Source of the DNA: a virus
Direction: 5' to 3' (one strand)
Length of the DNA stretch: 64,000 nt
Virus record (IMG/VR): IMGVR_UViG_3300036790_000408
Location: 1-64,000 of that record
This document shows, in pieces, positions 56,791 to 64,000 of this stretch; within the stretch, counting starts at the first letter, position 1; each line of letters starts with the position of its first letter. The notes under the pieces were generated by a model. That model did no database searches and was not told where the DNA came from. It was given only the letters and a program-made list of their open reading frames with translations. The position numbers were made by a program, and so were the translations under genes.

Positions 56791-57932
56791 CAGTAATTGG
56801 TCACGCTGATCGACGCCAATGAGGTGCGAATTTCCTGTCCGGTGGCGGCTGCCAGGTCGGCGGACAGGCCGTTGATCGCCACGCTGGCGGGGTTGACGGA
56901 TGCCACGCCAGCCACGCCGGCGGCGGCGATGATTATCGAAGAGGCGTAGAGCGTATCGCCGGGCGAAAGAGAATTGACCGCAGTCGCCACGGCGTTCTGT
57001 ACCGCGACATTGACGAGCACCGCAACCGCGGTGCTGTCGAGATGGATCGACAGAACGATGACGGCCTGCACGGCGCTTGGAGCAGTGACGAATGGTTGAA
57101 CCGAGAACGCGCGCACCGCATCGACGGCGCTGAAAATGGAAGACAGCAGAGAGGCTGGGGGGTCGCCGGATCCATCGTCGGCGACCACGGTAAAGCTGCC
57201 CGGCTGCGTTGTGCCGGCTGGCGTGGTGTTTTCCAGGAGCGAGATCGAGAGGCCTTGCTGCACCCCCGTCGCGGCAGCGCGGATGGCGGCCTCGGTCGCC
57301 TTGGCTAGGGTGGCCAGATAGAGCACGAAGCGGCTGCGGAAAGCGGCGTCACTCTCACCGTCCACGCCGTCAGATATCGGCGCCGGGTTGGTGACCTGAT
57401 CGATCCCCGGCAGGCTGGAGCCGAACTGTACCAGGGTGTTTGTCAGCACATTCGACGCCGATCCACCGACGACAGCCTGGATCGTCGCGGTGACAACTGT
57501 CTGTCCGGCCGCCAGAACGTACCCGCCGGCGGTCGAGCTGTAGGCTGACTGCGTAGCGTCGGCGACCACTTGATACGTGATGCCACCGCCAACCGTCTGC
57601 ACGACAGTCTCGATCGGCACCACAACCTGCGTGCTGGACGGCTGCAGTTTGATGAATTGCTCCTGGCCGGCAGCAAAGGTCGATCCGAGCCGGACGAAAT
57701 TGAATTGCGCCATCCAGCTATCGAGGTCGGCGCCGGTCGCAGTTTGTGCGCGCGACATGAACACGACGGCTTGGATCTGCGCTTGTAGGAAATCCAATTG
57801 CGAGGCGACCGATTGCCAAAAGGCCAGGAGCACATCGCCATCGGAAAAGGTCGGTGCGGTATCCGTCTGCGCCGCCCAAACCGCGACCATGTCAGAAGTC
57901 AGGCCGCTGATCGTTTTGAGCGGAAGCGTCAT
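56790..57932 (-). CDS. baseplate J / gp47-like protein
   Basis: QTATGADLDSWMAQF, VTNPAPISDGVDGESDAAFRSRF, ATEAAI. Confidence 0.92.
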   Translation of the reverse strand: MTLPLKTISGLTSDMVAVWAAQTDTAPTFSDGDVLLAFWQSVASQLDFLQAQIQAVVFMSRAQTATGADLDSWMAQFNFVRLGSTFAAGQEQFIKLQPSSTQVVVPIETVVQTVGGGITYQVVADATQSAYSSTAGGYVLAAGQTVVTATIQAVVGGSASNVLTNTLVQFGSSLPGIDQVTNPAPISDGVDGESDAAFRSRFVLYLATLAKATEAAIRAAATGVQQGLSISLLENTTPAGTTQPGSFTVVADDGSGDPPASLLSSIFSAVDAVRAFSVQPFVTAPSAVQAVIVLSIHLDSTAVAVLVNVAVQNAVATAVNSLSPGDTLYASSIIIAAAGVAGVASVNPASVAINGLSADLAAATGQEIRTSLASISVTNY

Positions 57933-57941
57933 AGCAAGCCC

Positions 57942-58349
57942 CTAACCCGTCATAGCAATGGAAAGGGAGCCTTGCTGGCCGGTGATCAGTGTGACCGAGA
58001 CGTAGACCTGGATCGTGTCGAGAGCCGGCCGCGCCACCGTCACGTTTGGCACCGAACCGGGATCCACCGCGGCATCGGAGAGGCAGGCGTGCCGGATGCG
58101 GCGCGTAAGATCGGCGATATAGGCCTGGGTCGGGTTCTGGTCGATCAGTGCGCCGGCAGACAGGCCGTAAAACGGTGAGAAAACGTAATCAGGTGGTGTG
58201 GTCGAGCCGTCTGGTAATTGCACCGCGCTGTTGGTCAGGAAGTTCCTGATGATGCGCTCGCGCACCTGATCCCAGCCAATGGCGAGGGCCACTGATCCAC
58301 TGGGCGTCAGCACCAAATCTTGGTTGTACTCGAGGTAAAAGTCAGTCAT
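57942..58349 (-). CDS. baseplate W/gp25/gp46-like protein
   Basis: DLVLTPSGSVAL..GWDQVRERIIRNFLT, YGLSAGALI; position upstream of J. Confidence 0.75.
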   Translation of the reverse strand: MTDFYLEYNQDLVLTPSGSVALAIGWDQVRERIIRNFLTNSAVQLPDGSTTPPDYVFSPFYGLSAGALIDQNPTQAYIADLTRRIRHACLSDAAVDPGSVPNVTVARPALDTIQVYVSVTLITGQQGSLSIAMTG

Positions 58350-58352
58350 CGC

Positions 58353-59141
58353 TCACTCCGCGGTGACGACGCTAGTCATCGTGTTTGGGCCAGCCTGCTG
58401 ATCGGGTGGCGGCCCCTCACCATGCGTGTGACTGTTGAACAAGGCCTGGAAAGCGCTGGTGCACAACGTCAGCAGAGTATCGCCGGCGGCCTTCCCGAGC
58501 ATGATCGCTGTCGCAAAGACACTCACTGTGCCCGACGCAGCCATGATCGTGGCGTTGCCTTGATTGACCGTCAGATTGACGTTGCCAGTGTTCACTGTGG
58601 CTGAGAGCCCACCCTGGATGTCGGCGCTAACCTGTCCGGCCGCCCAGATTTGGATCGTGCCATCCTGTCGCAGCCTGATGAACGAGTTTGCTCCGCCCGC
58701 CTGCGCCGGAGGAGCGGAGATGATAACATCGCCCGGGGCGCCCGCCGTCGCCGAGGTGGAGAAGCCGTCCGACTGCTTTGGGAGGTCGGCATTCGGCGGT
58801 GTGATCCCGCCACCGTAGAACATGCACGGGACCGCGCTGACACCACGCTGTCGGTCGAACGTTGCGATCAAGACCTGCTCGCCCGCCGTCGGATTATCTA
58901 CCGTGGCGCCACCCTGATAGATGACCTGCACCCCGTAGCCGTTGCCGGCTGAGAGGGTGCCCATCGGCATCCATGGACTAAGCGTCGGTACTCCATCCTC
59001 ATTGGTCAACGACGGAATGATACAGCGCACCCTATGGGTCGCCGCATCATATGAGGCGATGTGGCCGTACCTGAATGGCGTTGCCTCCGGCTGCGATACC
59101 GCTTGGCGCATCATGTGGACGAGCTGATCGGCTGACATCAA
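58353..59141 (-). CDS. baseplate spike (gpV/gp45-like)
   Basis: GHIASYDAATHRVRC OB-fold, WMPMG, C-terminal FNSHTH metal-binding tip. Confidence 0.85.
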   Translation of the reverse strand: MMSADQLVHMMRQAVSQPEATPFRYGHIASYDAATHRVRCIIPSLTNEDGVPTLSPWMPMGTLSAGNGYGVQVIYQGGATVDNPTAGEQVLIATFDRQRGVSAVPCMFYGGGITPPNADLPKQSDGFSTSATAGAPGDVIISAPPAQAGGANSFIRLRQDGTIQIWAAGQVSADIQGGLSATVNTGNVNLTVNQGNATIMAASGTVSVFATAIMLGKAAGDTLLTLCTSAFQALFNSHTHGEGPPPDQQAGPNTMTSVVTAE

Positions 59142-59147
59142 TAACCC

Positions 59148-59867
59148 TTGCGGACGAAGAGGCCGTCTCCTACCTTCATCACCCTTAGCTTTTTAGATCG
59201 GTGGTATATTATGGGAAGGACTCCAGACTTATCCGACCAAGAGTTCGGTCGGTTGAGGGTTCTATCGTTCGCTGGTCGGGATAGGGCCGGTAGAGCGCGT
59301 TGGCTTTGCCAATGTGAGTGCGCCAAAGAAGTTGAGATTAACGCATATCGTCTTCAAACTGGACACACGAGATCATGTGGGTGTTTGAGGATTGAGGCCT
59401 CAGTCGAAAAATTACATGGAGTACACACCAGACAAACGGCGCATGGATTATCAAAAACAAAAGAATACAAAAGCTGGAGTAGTATGATGCATAGATGCAG
59501 CAACGCACTAGCGCACAATTACTCTAACTATGGCGGTCGCGGCATAGTTGTATGCGAGCGGTGGTTTCAGTTTGAAAACTTTCTTGCTGATATGGGAGAA
59601 CGTCCCATTAGAACTTCGTTGGATAGGATCGACAATGACGGAGCCTATGAACCGGGTAATTGTCAGTGGTCTACCCCAGTCACACAAAGCGGCAATCGCC
59701 GGAACAGCCGATATATTATTGTCGAGGATAAGCGCATGACAGTTGCCGAAGCCGCTCGACAATATGGAATTGATAGAGGTGTTGTTCGTGTACGATTAGG
59801 TATGGGATGGTCGGTAAAAAAAGCGCTATCTACGCCAGTTCGAGCTTGCATCAGACGCGCGAATTAA
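59148..59867 (+). CDS. HNH homing endonuclease
   Basis: WLCQCECAK, TRSCGCL, YSNYGGRGIVVCERW, SLDRIDNDGAYEPGNCQW, Q..NRRN. Confidence 0.92.
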   Translation: MRTKRPSPTFITLSFLDRWYIMGRTPDLSDQEFGRLRVLSFAGRDRAGRARWLCQCECAKEVEINAYRLQTGHTRSCGCLRIEASVEKLHGVHTRQTAHGLSKTKEYKSWSSMMHRCSNALAHNYSNYGGRGIVVCERWFQFENFLADMGERPIRTSLDRIDNDGAYEPGNCQWSTPVTQSGNRRNSRYIIVEDKRMTVAEAARQYGIDRGVVRVRLGMGWSVKKALSTPVRACIRRAN

Positions 59868-61189
59868 CCCTCATCTCCTTTGCTTAAACCTTCAGAAGGG
59901 ATGTTCAAGGCCGTGACCTTGGTGATCCACCCATCATGAGATCCACCTCTACCTCCGGACGGAAGGGTAAAAGTGTGATCATAATTCGACACATAAAAGG
60001 TCGATCCAGTGAAATCCGTTTTGAGGTTCTTGCCAGTGAGTGTGATCTTCTGGGTCGGCAGTAAACTTGGAAGCCCCTCGATCTGTGCCGACAGAATGAG
60101 TTCTCGCTTGGCAATATCGGTAGCGATGGACTGCGCCTTGATGTTTGCCTGGTCAGCGCTAAGCCCATCCAGATTGAAAGAATAGAGCGGGATCTGCGTC
60201 GTGCCCAACTTCGCTCCAGCTTGCTGCAAAGCGAGGATGTTATTGTCCGCGGTGACCGCTGCCTGCCCCGTGCTCAAACCACCAGAGAGACCGTGTTGGC
60301 CGGCGAAATTGTTGCCAATATAGGTCGCTCTGCCGAGCGTGGTCTGCGCCTTAGATGGATCGTAGGACATGACCAACACACGGAACGTCGAATTGCGCCT
60401 GGGGTGGTGGGTGATCTTCAGGTTCTTGCAGGGGATCTGACCATCACCTGGAGCTTGGTTCCAGGATAGCTGGATGGTATCCAGCCCGGCTCCCGGCTCA
60501 CCGAACACCAGGTCTTTTTTTGGCGTGACGTAGACGTCGTACCCGGTGTCACGCGCAAGCTGATTGAGGATCGTCCACATACTCTGGGGCACGGTGATGA
60601 AGGATTGATCAGCGGAACCATAGAGCGTGCCGACCGTTGGATTGAGGCCTCCGGAGGACAGATTGAGGATAGGATTGAAGCCAAATTCGTTGGCGATCGA
60701 CGCGACGATGTTGCCGACCTTTTGGTTTTCGTTGCTAATCCCGGCAGCAGACACCCGACCGGGAGCCAGAGGCCTCTGGGCAGCTTGGATGGCGTTCGCG
60801 ATCTTTGTCAGCACCCGCTTCTGATCAACCAGGACACCGGCCCAGTCGCGGGCATGGACCACCACTTCGTCGGTGTCCATGTCATATTCGGTCGTTATGT
60901 ATTCACCACCAAATATCCGTGTCTCCGTCGTGTTGGGCTGCTGCTGGGTGCTGTAGCCCCCAGCCGGAGTTGATGGTTGGGTAGCCTGAGTGACCGTCAG
61001 GTCGACCTCGGTAAAGCCAGGAGAGCCGGACGTCAGGGTAAATAGATCGATCTTCGCTGCGTCGAGCGCCGCCTGGGTACAGTGTAGCGTGAGGTGTCCA
61101 ACCGAACCATATGACCCACCGGTTATGTTGAAGCGATAAACCGGCACATTCATGCCGCCGATCGTGGCAGCGAAGGTGATATCGGTCAT
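59864..61189 (-). CDS. baseplate hub (gpD/gp44-like)
   Basis: ARDWAGVLVD, WTILNQLARDTGYDVYVTPKKDLVF; position between tube initiator and spike. Confidence 0.75.
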   Translation of the reverse strand: MTDITFAATIGGMNVPVYRFNITGGSYGSVGHLTLHCTQAALDAAKIDLFTLTSGSPGFTEVDLTVTQATQPSTPAGGYSTQQQPNTTETRIFGGEYITTEYDMDTDEVVVHARDWAGVLVDQKRVLTKIANAIQAAQRPLAPGRVSAAGISNENQKVGNIVASIANEFGFNPILNLSSGGLNPTVGTLYGSADQSFITVPQSMWTILNQLARDTGYDVYVTPKKDLVFGEPGAGLDTIQLSWNQAPGDGQIPCKNLKITHHPRRNSTFRVLVMSYDPSKAQTTLGRATYIGNNFAGQHGLSGGLSTGQAAVTADNNILALQQAGAKLGTTQIPLYSFNLDGLSADQANIKAQSIATDIAKRELILSAQIEGLPSLLPTQKITLTGKNLKTDFTGSTFYVSNYDHTFTLPSGGRGGSHDGWITKVTALNIPSEGLSKGDEG

Positions 61190-62082
61190 GAACTCGGGCT
61201 GGGCGGAATATTCAGCGTGTAGGAGCCGATCGGCTGCGGGTCGGTGAGACCGTTGGCGGTCGCTATGGTGCGCCAGTCGGAAGCGTCGCCATAGTACATC
61301 GCCGAGAGGACGTAGAGGTTCGGATTGATGGTCTGGATCGTGGTCTGTGGCGCTGCGGCGGCCTGGAAAACGTTCTGGATACCAGACACACGGGCCGCCA
61401 CGTCAGTCGCCGGCGAACTCACGGCGGGGTTTGCGCTGGCCTGGTAAGGCTGCAGGGTGGCCAACCCCTGTTGGGTGGACGCAAACACCGCCGCCTGCCC
61501 AAGCGGCGCCGTCTGGCTCGAGAAGCCACCTGATGCCGCGATTGTCTCTTGGACTTGGAGTAACACCGCGCCCGCGACGCCGCCGATGGCGATGGCCGCG
61601 GCTTGACCGACAAAGCTTGGATCTAGGCCGTACTGGATGAGCGACTGCAAAGCGAGGATGTGCAGCGCTAGCACCGTCCCGAGGTTCCCTGTGGTCGGCA
61701 GGGATGGGGCGCCAGAGCTGATGTCGAGCCGAGGCTTAAATTCCAGTTCGTACTCGAACAGCCATTGGCTGCGTGCGGTCGGAGTGAACTTGACCACCCG
61801 TCCGAGCCACGCGTTCGGACCGAAGGAGAGTTGGACCTCGTTGCCGGTGTAGAGGATGCGCTTGACCGCATTCATCCGGTCGGAAGCATCGGCGCCATGG
61901 AACTTGCCCGACCACTTCTGCTCACCAGGAAAGTATCCGTATGACTTCTGCTCAATGATCCCGCCCGGGTACTCGTGACACGAGATCAGTTGCATGCCAG
62001 CGAGGTCTGACAGCCGCTCCGGAACTTCGAGGTTCGCCTCGTCGAAGATGAAGCTGTCGAGAACCAGAGGGGTCCACGCCAT
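61186..62082 (-). CDS. tail tube initiator / gpU-like protein with C-terminal LysM domain
   Basis: HEYPGG...QKSYG N-terminus; NLYVLSAMYYGDASDWRTIATANGLTDP...LNIP LysM. Confidence 0.8.
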   Translation of the reverse strand: MAWTPLVLDSFIFDEANLEVPERLSDLAGMQLISCHEYPGGIIEQKSYGYFPGEQKWSGKFHGADASDRMNAVKRILYTGNEVQLSFGPNAWLGRVVKFTPTARSQWLFEYELEFKPRLDISSGAPSLPTTGNLGTVLALHILALQSLIQYGLDPSFVGQAAAIAIGGVAGAVLLQVQETIAASGGFSSQTAPLGQAAVFASTQQGLATLQPYQASANPAVSSPATDVAARVSGIQNVFQAAAAPQTTIQTINPNLYVLSAMYYGDASDWRTIATANGLTDPQPIGSYTLNIPPSPSS

Positions 62083-63998
62083 CAGAAGCCAATCGCTCCA
62101 GGGGTAGTATAGGGCGACGCCAGAGTGCCTTGCCCTTCAGATGAGGCATTTGCCACATGAGTCGCCAGGTTGCTTGTAATCCAACTCACAATGCTGGACT
62201 TCATCATTTCGTCGAACACGCCACTAAGGTTTAGCGTGAAGTTGTTGGTGACGTTGGGCGTCGTTACAACCGGGACCGCATCGGCTCTAGGTCCGGCGCG
62301 GCGATTGAAAACCATGCTCTCGATCTTAGCGGAGCCGGTTTCTGTCCCGGCGTACGACAGGACTTGATCAACCAAAGCGGCGACTGGAAGAAAGCGAGCG
62401 AGCCCCATCAGACTCGCTCCCCATGCGCCACCAGCAGATCCAGTAACTCCTGTCGCCGCACCAGTCGCGGCAGCGGCGCCCTCTCCAGGAATTAACCAAT
62501 TCCAAGCAGCGCGCGGCCCAGCAAGGATCTTATTGGCCCCCCACATACCAGCGCCCAATGCAGCGGAGGCTGCGACCGTAAGACCACCCCAGCCGCCCGC
62601 CGCCGCTATAGTCGGATGCTCCTTTAGAAAAGTATTGAAGCCAATGAGGTAATAATTCAACGTCTTCATAGCATCATTCAAGCCAGGGAGCGTCCTGTCG
62701 GCCAGTGTCGTGCCAATATTGCTAAAATTAGCGAGCATCTGTTCGAACTGCTGCATCGGTGTGGCGGCGATAGCTGCCTGCATAGAGACCGCAGACGGCG
62801 GATTTTTCATGTTCTCCAAGAAGGTAAGTAGCTTTGGGACAAGGGTTGGATCGGTGAATAGGGCCGCCTCACGCGAACCGCGAACCGTGAAAGCATCCCG
62901 CAGGATTTTCAGGTCTTCGATGTTCGTGTGCTGACGAAGCGCCAAAGCAATCCGGCGCATCATCTCGTCACTATCTACCTTACCTCCTGGGGCGACCCTG
63001 TCTTCCACTTGCCCAGCCTCATTATAGAGGCCGAGTTCTTTCATCGCCCTGACGTGAGCGGTGCCACCCTTCTCCCTGACCTCGTGAAGCCTGCTTGGTT
63101 CCAGACTAAAGGTCTTCTCGAAGGTGCGCTCAAGATCGCGGGTCCGACTCGCGGCGAGGTTGGCTGAAATTGGGCCGCCGGTTTGTGATAGGCCGGTGAG
63201 CATTTGACCGACACCGGTGCCGGCCGTCGTGCCCGTAAAGCCCATAACCTGGAAGAAGCCAGTCAGCGCGGCGATCTTGTCGGCGTCGATGCCAGCGGCT
63301 TCGCCAAGTGGAACGGAGTACCTCAACACCCCCAACTCGCCAGCCACGGTGTCTCCAGTGGCAAGAGATAAAGCGAGGAGGTGGTTTAGGCCCTCCTCCA
63401 GCGGCTTGCCGCCGTAGCGATGCGTCATGTGGGCATATCCGACACCAGCCGCCAAGCTGCTTTGCAGACTACCGCGGTGGTATTGCTCCGCAACCTCAGC
63501 GAACCGCAGGCCGGTCGGCAGCATGGTCTCGAATTTCTCTCGTCTCTCTTCCGGTGTGGCGAACACGGCGCTGAATTGGCCCGTGATCCCAGGGAGAGCA
63601 TTTGCTCCCTTGGTTTCAGAGTAAATCGTTCCTCTTGTACCTTCAGAAACCTTGCCTTTGAGCTGCTCCTTGAGGGCCTCAAAGTTGGGATCGTTTGGAT
63701 CATAGCCCATTTCGACAAGGGATTGCTGCAAGGCGAGATCCTTCGTGAAGGATCCCTTCTCAGCCATAAAACCAAGACCGCCACCGATGATGGGCATCAT
63801 GCCATGGAACACGCCACCGATAGCGCCACCCACCATCGCGCTGCGATTTGCGGCATTCCTTGCTTCGGCGTCGCGTTGAGCGTTGTCGTACTGTGCTTGG
63901 CGGCGTCGATTAGCCTCGACGACATCCATATCTCTATTTTCGGCGGTAGCATTGGCAAAATCATCACCCTCGCCCCAGTATGGTCGGGGAGCAGGGCC
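62082..63998 (-). CDS. tape measure protein (5' truncated by the window edge)
   Basis: Long helical Ala/Gly-rich ORF with GTTAGTGV; frame stays open to the window end; lies upstream of the baseplate genes. Confidence 0.8.
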   Translation of the reverse strand, partial: GPAPRPYWGEGDDFANATAENRDMDVVEANRRRQAQYDNAQRDAEARNAANRSAMVGGAIGGVFHGMMPIIGGGLGFMAEKGSFTKDLALQQSLVEMGYDPNDPNFEALKEQLKGKVSEGTRGTIYSETKGANALPGITGQFSAVFATPEERREKFETMLPTGLRFAEVAEQYHRGSLQSSLAAGVGYAHMTHRYGGKPLEEGLNHLLALSLATGDTVAGELGVLRYSVPLGEAAGIDADKIAALTGFFQVMGFTGTTAGTGVGQMLTGLSQTGGPISANLAASRTRDLERTFEKTFSLEPSRLHEVREKGGTAHVRAMKELGLYNEAGQVEDRVAPGGKVDSDEMMRRIALALRQHTNIEDLKILRDAFTVRGSREAALFTDPTLVPKLLTFLENMKNPPSAVSMQAAIAATPMQQFEQMLANFSNIGTTLADRTLPGLNDAMKTLNYYLIGFNTFLKEHPTIAAAGGWGGLTVAASAALGAGMWGANKILAGPRAAWNWLIPGEGAAAATGAATGVTGSAGGAWGASLMGLARFLPVAALVDQVLSYAGTETGSAKIESMVFNRRAGPRADAVPVVTTPNVTNNFTLNLSGVFDEMMKSSIVSWITSNLATHVANASSEGQGTLASPYTTPGAIGF

Positions 63999-64000
63999 AT

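Noticed and set aside
1-64000. Integrase, att sites, terminase, portal or capsid genes
   Set aside because: No supporting motifs found; lifestyle and head module cannot be determined from this window

Overview
64 kb fragment of a tailed dsDNA phage or prophage with a contractile (myovirus-type) tail. The host is probably alphaproteobacterial, inferred from a GcrA-like regulator, an AIDA-repeat moron and DUF3309. Layout: mosaic early genes (1-7.4 kb, including dCMP deaminase, Lar and a C5-methyltransferase-like protein); an AIDA-repeat moron; regulators; replication genes (DnaB with a class-3-type LAGLIDADG intein, YdaU-like initiator with a probable origin); a non-coding RNA island (15.1-19.7 kb); RusA, GcrA and Cro-like genes; a recombination module (ERF, degenerate DnaQ); a lysis module containing an S53 peptidase; then a long minus-strand virion operon (two SAM methyltransferases, TPR-glycosyltransferase, tail fibres, a 2769-aa FN3/GH26-like protein, baseplate, tape measure) carrying three free-standing homing endonucleases. 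Main highlight 1: a Nop-domain protein with no nuclease domain is followed directly by a 12-unit stem-loop array. Each unit reads stem-CCA-N9-CGANACCCA-N9-CG-stem, which matches a TIGR-Tas (TasA, stem-array) RNA-guided system, and the array ends in a tRNA-like element. Main highlight 2: 1.3 kb downstream lie two divergent arrays of GGCAGTT-anchored (GGY-NN)n pentamer units that look like a second, unrelated guide-RNA array, with no cognate protein visible in the window. All assignments come from manual motif reading; no database searches were run. No terminase, capsid or integrase gene was seen in this window.
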